Positions 47,486-57,223 of a stretch of DNA of 64,000 nucleotides are shown one piece after another. Every line of letters begins with the position of its first letter. Positions within the stretch are counted from its first letter, which is position 1. Both the position numbers and the translations under genes were made by a program. The notes below the pieces were generated by a model. The model was not told where the DNA came from and did not search any database. It saw only the letters and a list, made by a program, of their open reading frames with translations. The DNA is from Alphaproteobacteria bacterium (lineage in GTDB: Bacteria; Pseudomonadota; Alphaproteobacteria; MPNO01): assembly GCA_965248835.1 (NCBI GenBank), contig CBDFLJ010000002.1:1664001-1728000 (forward strand), read 5' to 3'.

Positions 47486-48916
47486 TTAGCGCTTGGACTT
47501 GATTTCCGGCTTGGGCAGGGTGACGCGCGCTTCCAGCCCGCCGCCTTCGCGGTCGGTGAGCGTGATGTCGCCGCCGTGACGGCGGATTGCCGCCCGCGCG
47601 ATCGACAGGCCAAGGCCGGAGCCGCCGGTTTCGCGGCTGCGCGAGGCTTCGAGGCGGTAAAAGGGGGCGAAAACGGCTTCACGCTCGGCCTCGGGGATGC
47701 CGGGGCCGCGATCGGCGACGGTGATCCGGACCGCTCTGGCGTCTTCGGACAGCCTCACGGCGGCCTCGCCGCCATAGGTGATGGCGTTGTCGATCAGGTT
47801 CGACAGCACCCGGCGGACCGCGACGGGGCTGCAGGGAAGCGTCAAGTGGTCCGGCCCCTCGTAGCGCACGGTGCCGCCGGCATCGCTCACGTTATCGCAC
47901 AGCGTCTGGACCAGCGAGGCGAGGTCAACCGGGCGCTGAGCCTCACCCGTGGCCTCGTCCTTCGCGAAGGAAAGCGTGGCTTCGAGCATCACCTGCATCT
48001 CTGCCAGATCGTCCTCGGCCTTCCGGCGCTGGACCTCGTCAGGAATTGATTCGGTCCTCAGCCGAAGGCGGGTCAGCGCGGTACGCATGTCGTGCGAGAT
48101 CGCCGCCAGCATCTGTGTGCGGTCATTGACCAACCGGCGCAGACGCTCCTGCATCTGGTTGAAGGTACGCGCCGCCCGGCGCAGTTCCGGCGAGCCGGTT
48201 TCGGGCAAGGGTTCGGCGGTGAACACGTCGCGCCCGATGCGGTCGGCCGCCGCGGCGAAGCGGGCGACCGGCGCGGTCACCCGGCGTGAGGCCCAGGTCG
48301 CGAACAGCGCAACGACGATGCCGCCGATAACGAACCAGGCCGTCATCCCGGCGGCCCAGCGCAGCGAGGTCAGCTCGGTCGAGGCGGTAAATACCACCCA
48401 GGAGCCGTCGGCGAGCTCGACCCCGATCACCGCCTTCCGCCGGCTCGGCAGCAGGTCGGGCTGGCCGTCATTGTCGCCGCCCTCGTCGAAGCCGCCGCCG
48501 CGGCGCCAACGGCGCCAGCCGCGGCGTCGGCCATCCTCGAAGACCGAGATCGACAGGTTGCGGTGGTCGAAGACGCCGAGGTGACCGCGGATAAAGCGCT
48601 CGGCGTCCCTTTCGCCCGAGCGCGGCACCGGGCGGGTCTCGGCCAGCGCGACGTGCAAGGTCGGGCTGTTGAGCGCCGCCAGCAGACCGGCGCGTCGGGC
48701 CTTGGGCCGGGCTTCCATCAGCGCGACGACCGCGGCCATGCGATCGACGGTGGAACGGGTGAACAACCTCAGCGTTACGTCCGCCCGGTCGCGCACATAG
48801 CCGATCATCGACAGCACCATCAGCGCAAACAGCGCAACCATCAGGACCACCGCGATCCGGGTCGCGACGCTGTCGGGCCACATCCGACGCAGTCCGCGTG
48901 CCAGTGCACCGGTCAC
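47486..48916 (-). CDS. Sensor histidine kinase (EnvZ/CpxA-like)
   Basis: Two TM segments, HAMP, ISHDMRT H-box, NLIDNA, DRGPG, GSGLGL. Confidence 0.95.
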   Translation of the reverse strand: MTGALARGLRRMWPDSVATRIAVVLMVALFALMVLSMIGYVRDRADVTLRLFTRSTVDRMAAVVALMEARPKARRAGLLAALNSPTLHVALAETRPVPRSGERDAERFIRGHLGVFDHRNLSISVFEDGRRRGWRRWRRGGGFDEGGDNDGQPDLLPSRRKAVIGVELADGSWVVFTASTELTSLRWAAGMTAWFVIGGIVVALFATWASRRVTAPVARFAAAADRIGRDVFTAEPLPETGSPELRRAARTFNQMQERLRRLVNDRTQMLAAISHDMRTALTRLRLRTESIPDEVQRRKAEDDLAEMQVMLEATLSFAKDEATGEAQRPVDLASLVQTLCDNVSDAGGTVRYEGPDHLTLPCSPVAVRRVLSNLIDNAITYGGEAAVRLSEDARAVRITVADRGPGIPEAEREAVFAPFYRLEASRSRETGGSGLGLSIARAAIRRHGGDITLTDREGGGLEARVTLPKPEIKSKR

Positions 48917-49632
48917 GTCTGTGCCACCGGGTTGGTGAAGATGTAGCCGCCGGACCGGACGGTCTTGATCATCTCCGGGTTCTTGGGATCGGCCTCGATC
49001 TTGCGCCGCAGCCGGCTGAGCTGGACGTCGATGCTACGGTCGAACGGCTGGGCGTCGCGGCCCTTGGTCAGGTCCAGAAGCTGATCGCGCGAGAGCACCC
49101 GCTGCGGATGCTCGGCAAACGCAACCAGGAGGTCGAACTCGCCGGCGGTGAGCGCGACCAGCACGCCGTCGGGCGAGAACAGCTCGCGCCGCGATGGGTC
49201 GATCCGCCAGCCGGCGAAGGCCAGCGTTGGGTTGGCGCCCTCGCCCGCCGGCCCGCCGATGCCGTCCGCCCGGCGCAGCACAGCACGGATGCGCGCCAGG
49301 AGCTCGCGCGGATTGAACGGCTTGGTGAGGTAGTCGTCGGCGCCGATCTCCAGCCCGATGATGCGGTCGGTGTCCTCGGCGACGGCCGTCAGCATGATGA
49401 TCGGCAACCCGGTCGAGGCCCTGAGCCGGCGGCAGATCGACAGCCCGTCCTCGCCCGGCAGCATGATGTCGAGCACCACCAGATCAAACCTTCCGCCCTG
49501 CAGCAGGCGGTCCATCGCCTTGGCATCGGGCGCGGCATCGACGCGCAAGCCGTGCTTTTTCAGATAGCGCCCGGTCAGGTCGCGGATCTCGCGGTCGTCG
49601 TCGACGATCAGGACGTGCGGGGACGCGCTCAT
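48913..49632 (-). CDS. OmpR-family response regulator
   Basis: IVDDD, LDIMLP, GADDYLTKPF, DRSIDV, TVRSGGY. Confidence 0.95.
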   Translation of the reverse strand: MSASPHVLIVDDDREIRDLTGRYLKKHGLRVDAAPDAKAMDRLLQGGRFDLVVLDIMLPGEDGLSICRRLRASTGLPIIMLTAVAEDTDRIIGLEIGADDYLTKPFNPRELLARIRAVLRRADGIGGPAGEGANPTLAFAGWRIDPSRRELFSPDGVLVALTAGEFDLLVAFAEHPQRVLSRDQLLDLTKGRDAQPFDRSIDVQLSRLRRKIEADPKNPEMIKTVRSGGYIFTNPVAQT

Positions 49633-49672
49633 CGCCCGACTATAGTCGAGCCCGACGGGCGCGCCGGACCGA

Positions 49673-49723
49673 ATTTGTAACGCTCGGTGTCCCGGCGGCG
49701 CCCTGAAACGCGCTGTTACAAAT
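49673..49723. promoter_or_regulatory. Putative response-regulator operator (two opposed boxes)
   Basis: ATTTGTAAC (49673-49681) and its exact reverse complement GTTACAAAT (49715-49723) between the divergent regulator and spy-like gene. Confidence 0.6.
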
Positions 49724-49801
49724 CCCCCGGTCCGGCGAAACACGCGTGCAAAACCCGGCGCCTATATCTGCTGCGTGCGATCACCCAAGGAGGTTCATGC
49801 C

Positions 49802-50293
49802 ATGTCACGCCGAACGATCATCCTGTCGATATCATCCGTTGCCGCCCTCGCGCTGGTCGCGGTCGCCGTGTTGGCGACCCGGCCCGGCGGGGCGATCGCC
49901 CACGGCCGCTGGAGCGGCCACGGCGGCTGGGACGGGCACGGCGCAAAGGCGCTGTGCAGCGACCGGCGCGACACCCGCGTGTCGGCCGCAACCAGCTTCG
50001 TGGAAGCCTTCGTCAGCTTCACACCGGAGCAGACCGCATCGTGGAACACGCTCAAAGCTGCGCTCGAGGTCGGCAGCCGGAAGATCGGCGAGGCCTGCGA
50101 GTCCACCGATGCGCAGGCAGCGGCGAACACCGCGCCGCAGCATCTGGCCCGGGTCGAACTCGCGCTCGGCACCGCGTTTGGGATCGTCCGGGACGTCCGG
50201 CCGGCATTCGATGACCTCTATTCGAAGCTGTCGGACGAGCAACGCGCGCGGATCGACGAAATGATCTCCAAGCGCGGCCGCCATCATCGCTGA
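49802..50293 (+). CDS. Spy/CpxP (LTXXQ) periplasmic chaperone-like protein
   Basis: Signal peptide, Gly/His-rich linker, FTPEQ and LSDEQ motifs; RBS AAGGAGG. Confidence 0.8.
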   Translation: MSRRTIILSISSVAALALVAVAVLATRPGGAIAHGRWSGHGGWDGHGAKALCSDRRDTRVSAATSFVEAFVSFTPEQTASWNTLKAALEVGSRKIGEACESTDAQAAANTAPQHLARVELALGTAFGIVRDVRPAFDDLYSKLSDEQRARIDEMISKRGRHHR

Positions 50294-50301
50294 TCGAATG
50301 A

Positions 50302-50339
50302 CCGTGCGAGGCCGGCCCTCCGGGGCCGGCCTCGCACGG
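50302..50339 (+). terminator. Perfect 17-bp stem-loop after the spy-like gene
   Basis: CCGTGCGAGGCCGGCCC-TCCG-GGGCCGGCCTCGCACGG; no U-tract. Confidence 0.65.
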
Positions 50340-50433
50340 GGCACGCCTGTGGTCTACGATCGGGACTGCAGGCAGCGCGTTACCGGCTCTTTCCGCGCCC
50401 AGCCGAACCCGCGACTCGCCAAGGAGGCCCGCA

Positions 50434-51807
50434 ATGAGCCGTGACGGCGCAATCGCGAGGGCCGAGGCCTATTTCGACGGCGGCGGATTCGCCGAGGATC
50501 TGGCACGGCGGGTCGCGATCGCAACGACCAGCCAGGACGCGGCGGCGAGCGAAGAGCTTACGCGTTATCTCCGTGTGGAGCTCCTGCCGAGCCTCGAGGC
50601 GCTGGGCTTCTCGGGAAAGATCCTGGAAAACCCCGATGCGGGCGGCCCGCCCTTCCTGATCGCCGAGCGGATCGAGCCCGGGACCGAACTATGCGTGCTG
50701 AGCTATGCCCACGGCGACGTGCTGTTGGGTCAGGACGCGGGCTGGGCGGACGGGCTTGGCCCCTGGCGCCTGAGCCGCCGCGGCGAGCGGCTCTACGGCC
50801 GCGGGACCGCCGACAACAAAGGCCAGCACAGCATCAATCTGGGTGCGATGGCAGCGGTGATCGCCGAGCGCGGCCGGCTGGGGTTCAGCATGCGCGTCCT
50901 GTTCGAGATGGGCGAGGAGGTCGGCTCGCCGGGCTTGAGGACGCTGTGTACCGGCGCCGCGGGCGCGGCTCTTGCGGCCGACCTGTTCATCGCCTCGGAC
51001 GGGCCGCGGCTGGCCCATGACAGGCCGACGATCTTCCTCGGCTCGCGCGGCGCCCGGCCGATCGCGCTGTCGGTCGATTTGCGCGAAGGCGCCCACCACT
51101 CGGGCAATTGGGGCGGGGCGCTGGCCAACCCGGCGGCGATCCTGAGTGCCGCGATCGCCAGCATCATCGATCGAAACGGACGCATCCTCGTGCCGGAATG
51201 GCGGCCGATGCTGCCCGACTCGGTGCGCCGCGCATTGTCGGGGCTCGAGGTCTCCGGCGGTCCAGGCGGTCCCAGCGTCGATCCGGACTGGGGCGAGCCG
51301 GGCCTCACGCCCGCCGAGCGGGTCTATGGCTGGAACAGCTTCGAGGTCCTGGCGCTTCACGCCGGCACGCCGGAGGCGCCGGTCAACGCGATCCCGGGAT
51401 CGGCGCGCGCGGCCTGCCAGCTACGCTTCGTGGTCGGCACCGATGTCGAGGACATCATCCCGGCCTTGCGGCGCCATCTCGACCGGGAGGGGTTAGCCGC
51501 CGTGTCGGTGGCCGCGCACGGCGGCGGCAGCTTCCCGGCAACCCGGCTCGACCCGGACGACAGGTGGGTCGGCTTCGCTAAGGCCTCGATCGAAAAGACC
51601 ACGGGCGCGCCGCCGGTCGTCCTGCCCAATCTCGGCGGGTCGCTTCCCAACGATGTCTTCGCGGACATCCTGGGGTTGCCGACGATCTGGGTGCCACATT
51701 CCTATCCTGGCTGCTCGCAGCACGCCCCGAACGAGCACCTGCTGGCGCCGGTCGCCCGCCAGGGCCTGGCGATCATGGCCGGGCTGTTCTGGGATCTGGC
51801 GGCGTAA
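50434..51807 (+). CDS. M20-family metallo-amidohydrolase
   Basis: YAHGD, GRGTADNKG, GEE, SDG, HSGNWGG, QHAPNE; RBS AAGGAGG. Confidence 0.92.
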   Translation: MSRDGAIARAEAYFDGGGFAEDLARRVAIATTSQDAAASEELTRYLRVELLPSLEALGFSGKILENPDAGGPPFLIAERIEPGTELCVLSYAHGDVLLGQDAGWADGLGPWRLSRRGERLYGRGTADNKGQHSINLGAMAAVIAERGRLGFSMRVLFEMGEEVGSPGLRTLCTGAAGAALAADLFIASDGPRLAHDRPTIFLGSRGARPIALSVDLREGAHHSGNWGGALANPAAILSAAIASIIDRNGRILVPEWRPMLPDSVRRALSGLEVSGGPGGPSVDPDWGEPGLTPAERVYGWNSFEVLALHAGTPEAPVNAIPGSARAACQLRFVVGTDVEDIIPALRRHLDREGLAAVSVAAHGGGSFPATRLDPDDRWVGFAKASIEKTTGAPPVVLPNLGGSLPNDVFADILGLPTIWVPHSYPGCSQHAPNEHLLAPVARQGLAIMAGLFWDLAA

Positions 51808-51966
51808 AGCCGGCCTCGCGGGGACACCTGGCCGGACAGGCAATGTGACGGCGGCGCAAGGCCCGGTTTGGGCATTGCGCTCCGATAGCCTGATCGCCGA
51901 CAATGCGGGCCATGGGCGCGGCGGCCGCAACGGCCGTCCGTGCGGCGCGGATTGTGGAGAAGACGG

Positions 51967-53310
51967 ATGGCGGACCTGGCAGTCGAATTCTGCGGCGTTC
52001 AGTTCAAGAACCCCATCGTGGCGGCCTCGCTGGAGACCACCAACAGCCCGGACCTGATGAAGCAATGCTTCGACTACGGCGCGGCCGGCGCGATCATCAA
52101 GACGTTGACCGATATCGAGGACATGGCGCGGCTGACCGAGAACTCGAAATACGCGATTCTCAATGACCGCGGCGACATCATCAAAGGCAAGGTGCCGCGC
52201 GACTTCGTCTTCTACAGCCGCTCGGGCTACTCCAGCACCTACTACAAGGACTGGGTGCCCTATCTCAAGGAAATCGGCGCCTATGCGCGCGAGCGCGACG
52301 CCCACCTGATCGGCTCCGCCGGCGCCAACGACATCGACGGCTGGAAGGACATCTGCCGCACCTTCGAGGATTGCGGCCTGCCGATGGTCGAGCTCAATTT
52401 CGGCTGCCCGCACCCGGCGATGATGCCGGGCGTCCACGGCGGCTCGATGATCGGCCAGGAAACGGATGTCGCCTTCGAGGTCACCCGCGCGGTGGTCGAG
52501 GCCTGCGACATCCCGATCGTGGTCAAGCTGACGCCGGATCAGTCGCAGCCGGTCGCCATCGCCCGCGCGGTCCAGGCCGGCGGCGCGTCCGCGGTCACCG
52601 CGACCAACCGCCACACCGGATTCGCCGTGGACATCGAGACCGGCGAGCCGCGGATTGCCGGCACCGCGGGGATCGGCGGCACCTGGGTCAAGCCGCTGAC
52701 GCTGCGCTGGGTGCACAACATCTACACCCAGGTCGGCATCCCGATCGCCGGCTCCAACGGCATCTTCGATCACCGCGACGCGGTCGAGTTCCTGATGACC
52801 GGCGCGGATATCGTCGAGGTCGGCTCGGTGCTGATGATCAAGGGCATGAAATGGTTGCCCAAGATCATCGAGGGCGTGGACAAGTTCATGGACGAGCACG
52901 GCTACAAGGACCTCGCCGCGATGCGGGGTATCGCCTCGGCGGCGGCGGCCAAGGACTACGCCGACCAGTTCGCCCGGCCGCGCATGCACGCCGTCGTCAA
53001 CGAGGAGACCTGCCAGAACCCGACCTGCACGGTATGCATCCAGATGTGTTTCTACGAGGCGCTGTCGCAGAACCCGGCGGGCAAGATCGACGTCCATGCC
53101 GACAGTTGCATCGGCTGCGAGCTGTGCTACGACGTCTGCCCGTTCGATTCGATCTCGATGCATCTGACTCAGCCGGCCCAGCTCGAAGCCGGCTATTTCG
53201 ACGTTCCCGACAACGTCTACGAGGCCCCTGGCAAGTTCGTCACCCGGCGCAACAACATGGAAACCATCATCGCCCACAACCCCAAGGGTGTCGCTGAGGC
53301 GGCGGAATAG
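51967..53310 (+). CDS. Dihydropyrimidine dehydrogenase PreA-like FMN/4Fe-4S protein
   Basis: FKNP, IIKT, ELNFGCPH, VKLTP; C-terminal CQNPTCTVCIQMC and CIGCELCYDVCP. Confidence 0.85.
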   Translation: MADLAVEFCGVQFKNPIVAASLETTNSPDLMKQCFDYGAAGAIIKTLTDIEDMARLTENSKYAILNDRGDIIKGKVPRDFVFYSRSGYSSTYYKDWVPYLKEIGAYARERDAHLIGSAGANDIDGWKDICRTFEDCGLPMVELNFGCPHPAMMPGVHGGSMIGQETDVAFEVTRAVVEACDIPIVVKLTPDQSQPVAIARAVQAGGASAVTATNRHTGFAVDIETGEPRIAGTAGIGGTWVKPLTLRWVHNIYTQVGIPIAGSNGIFDHRDAVEFLMTGADIVEVGSVLMIKGMKWLPKIIEGVDKFMDEHGYKDLAAMRGIASAAAAKDYADQFARPRMHAVVNEETCQNPTCTVCIQMCFYEALSQNPAGKIDVHADSCIGCELCYDVCPFDSISMHLTQPAQLEAGYFDVPDNVYEAPGKFVTRRNNMETIIAHNPKGVAEAAE

Positions 53311-53352
53311 CGCCGGCCATACGCCCGATCCCGGTCGGGGCACCTCCGTGCG

Positions 53353-54627
53353 GTGAGCAGATCCGCGGCGTTCGGCGGGATCGGCAGTGCGCTGGCCCAC
53401 CGGGACTACCGGCTCTATTCGGTCGGCGCCGGGGCGTCCTACCTCGGGACCTGGATCTACCGCACCGGGCTCGGCTGGTTCACCTGGGAGTTGACCGAGT
53501 CGACGGCCTGGCTCGGGATCGTGGTCTTTACCGAGGTGCTGCCGATCATCTGCCTGGTGCCGATCACCGGCGCGCTGGTCGACCGTGTGGGCGCGCTCAA
53601 GATCGCCCGGCTGACCCAAATCATCGCGGCGACGGTGATGACGGCCCTCGCCGTCCTCACCGCGTTCGATCTCATGACCATCGAGCTGTTGCTGGGACTG
53701 GTCTTCCTCAACGGCGTGACCATGTCGCTGATGCAGGCGTCCTATTTCTCGCTGGTCGCAAGCCTCGTGCCGCGCGCCGACCTGTCCTCGGCGGTGGCAC
53801 TCCAGTCCTCGCTGGTCCAGACGGCGCGGTTCATCGGTCCGGCGATCGCAGGCGCGCTGCTGATCGTGCTGGGCTCGGCGGCGGCGTTCGCGATCAACGC
53901 CGTCTCCTACTGCGCGCTCCTGTGGGCGTTGCTGGCGCTTCATTACCGCGATCCGCCGGCTCCGGCGGAGGCGACCTCCAGCCTGTTCGGCGACATCGTC
54001 CAGGGCATCGCCTACATCATCGGCGAGCGGACTATCCGCGCGCTGCTGTTGCTGACGGTCGCATTCTCGCTGCTGCTGCGCCCGGTTATCGAGCTGATGC
54101 CGGCGTTCGCCTCGGATGTCTTCGGGCGCGGTGCCGACGGACTGGCCTGGTTTCTGTCGATCGCCGGGCTCGGGGCGATCTTCGGCTCGCTGTGGATCGC
54201 GCGCCGTGGCCGGGCCGAGGGGCTGACCCGCCTGATGGCAGCGACCGCGATCCTAAGCGGCATCGCACTGCTGGCCTTCGCGCAGACCACGATCTTCTGG
54301 TTCGCGATCGTGCTGATGGCTGTCTACGGCCTTGCCTCCAACATCAACTCGATCTGCAGCCAGATCCTGATCCAGAACGTGGTCGAACCGAGAATGCGCG
54401 CGCGGGTGATGAGCCTTGTCGGGCTGACGTTCCGCGCCGTGCCGGCGGCGAGCGCGGCGCTGTTGGGCGCAATCGCCGTGGACTGGGGGCTGGGCACGCC
54501 GATCTCGATCGCCGCCGGGCTCGGGATCCTGTGCGGGTGCTGGGTGTTCGGCCAGATGCGTGCAGGCCGTCTCGACCGGCGGGCGGAGCGCGGGATCAGT
54601 CCGGCAGCGCCCGGGCGCGCGCGCTGA
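53353..54627 (+). CDS. MFS transporter
   Basis: ALAHRDYRLY, GALVDRVG, ARFIGPAIAG, MRARVMS. Confidence 0.9.
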   Translation: MSRSAAFGGIGSALAHRDYRLYSVGAGASYLGTWIYRTGLGWFTWELTESTAWLGIVVFTEVLPIICLVPITGALVDRVGALKIARLTQIIAATVMTALAVLTAFDLMTIELLLGLVFLNGVTMSLMQASYFSLVASLVPRADLSSAVALQSSLVQTARFIGPAIAGALLIVLGSAAAFAINAVSYCALLWALLALHYRDPPAPAEATSSLFGDIVQGIAYIIGERTIRALLLLTVAFSLLLRPVIELMPAFASDVFGRGADGLAWFLSIAGLGAIFGSLWIARRGRAEGLTRLMAATAILSGIALLAFAQTTIFWFAIVLMAVYGLASNINSICSQILIQNVVEPRMRARVMSLVGLTFRAVPAASAALLGAIAVDWGLGTPISIAAGLGILCGCWVFGQMRAGRLDRRAERGISPAAPGRAR

Positions 54628-56140
54628 GCGCAACCTTGTCGAGCTTGCCGGTGGACCCGACGGGCAGAGCATCGAGCGCGATGATCCGCGCCGGGCGCTT
54701 GTAGGGCGCAAGCTGCGCCGCGGCAAAGGCGGCCACCGCACTCGGGTCGATGCGCCGGCCGGGTACGGCTTCGACGAAGCCGATCACCTCTTCGTTTCCC
54801 GCCACCGCGCGGCCGACGACAGCGGATTGCTGGACATCTTCGTGGCCGGTCAGGACATCCTCGACCTCGGCCGGATAGACGTTGAAGCCCGAACGGATGA
54901 TCAGCTCCTTGAGACGGCCGACGATGTGGATCTGGCCGTCCTCGTCGAGCCGGGCGAGGTCGCCGACCGCGACCCACCCACGCGCATCGATGGTTGCCGC
55001 CGTCGCCTCCGGCTCGCGGAAATAGCCAGACATCGCGTTCGGGCCGCGGCATTGGACCTCGCCGACCTCGCCACGGGCAACCTCTTTGCCGTCGCTGCCG
55101 ACCAGACGCAGATCGACCCCCGGCCAGACATAACCGGCAGCGCCCTGGTTGGGCTTCACCCCCGGCGGCGTGGTCGCGATCGGCGAGAACTCGGTCGCGG
55201 CGTAGCCGGTGCTGAGCGGCATGCCGAAGGCGCGCCCGGCCGCCTCGCGCAGCGCCGCGTCGACCGGCGAGCCGCCGGCCAGCACCTGCTTGAGCCGCGG
55301 TGCGTCGATCGCCGCGCCGCTCGCTTCGGCCCGTGCCAGCAGCGCCGCGAACATCGGCGGCGCGCTGAAGACATGGGTGAGGCGTCCGCTGGCAAGACCG
55401 GCAAGCACCGCCTCGGCGTCGAACCGGGCGGCGAATTCGAACGCCGCGCCGGTGTGGATCACCGGCATCACCAGGCCGGAGAGCCCCAGGATATGGACCA
55501 TGGGCGCGATCACGTAGGGGCAGTCGCCGGGCGCGAAGCGCGCCGCGGAAACGGTGGCGCCCTGGTAGAGGATCGTCCGGTGCGACAGCATCGCACCCTT
55601 GGGCCGGCCGGTGGTGCCGGAGGTGAAGATCATCGCCGCGGTCTGACGGGCCGGATCGTCGTGGACGGGCTCCGGCATGGCGTCCGCGCAGGCCGGCGCG
55701 AGGCCGAGCGCGCCGAAGGCGCGGTCCGCGTGGATGTCCGCACCGGCGGCACGCGCATGCACCCGCGCCTCTTCGGAGATTTCGGTAGTAAACACCGCGA
55801 ACCGCGCCTCGGCGCGTTCGACGATCACCGCGATCTCGCGGGCCGACAGCCGCGCGTTGGCCATCACCGCCCAGGCATCGTGCGATGTGATCGCGTAAAA
55901 GGCGCAAAGCGCGGCGAAGCAGTTCTCCATCACCAGCACGATGCGATCGCCCGGCCGTATGCCGGCGCGGCCGAGCACGGCGGCGAAGGAATCGATGCCG
56001 GCGGCGAGGTCGCCATAGGTCCAGGTCGCCGGCCCGGTATGGACCACCGGTGCGTCCGGCGTCTCGGCGGCCCAGCGCAGCGGGATGTCGATCGCCCGCC
56101 TGGGCAGGGTGGCGATGATTTCGTCCTGGTAGCCGCTCAT
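54596..56140 (-). CDS. Acyl/aryl-CoA ligase (AMP-binding enzyme)
   Basis: FTSGTTGRPKG, GYAATE, GDLA, GRLKELII, TGKLDK. Confidence 0.92.
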   Translation of the reverse strand: MSGYQDEIIATLPRRAIDIPLRWAAETPDAPVVHTGPATWTYGDLAAGIDSFAAVLGRAGIRPGDRIVLVMENCFAALCAFYAITSHDAWAVMANARLSAREIAVIVERAEARFAVFTTEISEEARVHARAAGADIHADRAFGALGLAPACADAMPEPVHDDPARQTAAMIFTSGTTGRPKGAMLSHRTILYQGATVSAARFAPGDCPYVIAPMVHILGLSGLVMPVIHTGAAFEFAARFDAEAVLAGLASGRLTHVFSAPPMFAALLARAEASGAAIDAPRLKQVLAGGSPVDAALREAAGRAFGMPLSTGYAATEFSPIATTPPGVKPNQGAAGYVWPGVDLRLVGSDGKEVARGEVGEVQCRGPNAMSGYFREPEATAATIDARGWVAVGDLARLDEDGQIHIVGRLKELIIRSGFNVYPAEVEDVLTGHEDVQQSAVVGRAVAGNEEVIGFVEAVPGRRIDPSAVAAFAAAQLAPYKRPARIIALDALPVGSTGKLDKVALSARARALPD

Positions 56141-56153
56141 CGACCGAGCGGAC

Positions 56154-57188
56154 TCACGCGGCGGTCCACTCCGCCTCGGCGCCGATACGGGTCTCCAGCA
56201 TGCGGCGGAACAGCATGCCCGGCCCGTCGACGTTGATGTCGATCGTCCGTCTGCCCGGGTGCCGATCGATATTGGCCTGCTGGGCACCGAGGATGCCGAT
56301 GTCCTCGGAGAAGACCACGCGGAAATCCCTGTGGAAGGTCTCGTCGACCGCGCGGTCGCCTAGCCCGAAGCTCCGCGTATGAGCGTAGAAGTAATGGGTC
56401 GTCGTGGCGGTTTCCGGCGTCAGGGCGTTGAGGTTGAAGAACTCCATGCGCCGATCGAGCGGCGCCTCGGCGCAGCCGGCGCCGGGCGGCGCGCAGCCGG
56501 CGTGGACGCTGTTGTAGGACGGCAATGTGGAGACCGCGACCTGCCAGCGGTCGACGTTGCCAGTGAACCGGCCGAGGTCGCGGTACAGCGGCGGCGGCGG
56601 CGAATCGCGGACCACGCGGGTCATCTTGACGAAATCGTCGCCGCGCTCGGTGATGATCGGGAATTCGGCCACGTTGCCGGTGCCGATCGAGCCGGCATGG
56701 ACGTAGGCGACATGCGACAGGTCGAGCAGGTTGTCGTTGACCAAGAGGTAGTTGGACTCGACATGGAACGGATCGCCGCCCTTGACCGGCGCCCAGTCGG
56801 GATGGTCCATGCGCCACCAGTCCGGGATCAGCGCCGGATCGGCCCGGTCCGGATCGCCCATCCAGATCCAGATCCATTTGTGGCGCTCGACCACCGGATA
56901 GGCGCGGACCGCGGCGCCGGGCGGGATGGCGCTCTGGCCCGGCACCTCGACGCAAACGCCGTTGCGGTCGAAACGCAGGCCGTGATAGCCGCATTGCAGA
57001 CTATCGCCGAGGATCCGCCCCATCGACAGCGGCAGGGCGCGGTGGCAGCAGCGGTCTTCCAGCGCGACCGGCGTGCCGTCGGCGGTGCGGTAGAGCACCA
57101 CCGCCTGGTCGAGCAGCGTGCGCGCGAACGGCGCGTCGGCGACCTCGTGGTCCCATGCCGCGGCGTACCAACATTCGCGCAAATACAT
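56154..57188 (-). CDS. Rieske oxygenase, vanillate O-demethylase (VanA)-like
   Basis: WYAAAW, DRCCHR..CGYHG, DNLLDLSHVAYVH, LTPET, FSED. Confidence 0.9.
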   Translation of the reverse strand: MYLRECWYAAAWDHEVADAPFARTLLDQAVVLYRTADGTPVALEDRCCHRALPLSMGRILGDSLQCGYHGLRFDRNGVCVEVPGQSAIPPGAAVRAYPVVERHKWIWIWMGDPDRADPALIPDWWRMDHPDWAPVKGGDPFHVESNYLLVNDNLLDLSHVAYVHAGSIGTGNVAEFPIITERGDDFVKMTRVVRDSPPPPLYRDLGRFTGNVDRWQVAVSTLPSYNSVHAGCAPPGAGCAEAPLDRRMEFFNLNALTPETATTTHYFYAHTRSFGLGDRAVDETFHRDFRVVFSEDIGILGAQQANIDRHPGRRTIDINVDGPGMLFRRMLETRIGAEAEWTAA

Positions 57189-57223
57189 CGGCGTCTCCGA
57201 ACCGTTCCCAACGGCGTCCAGTT

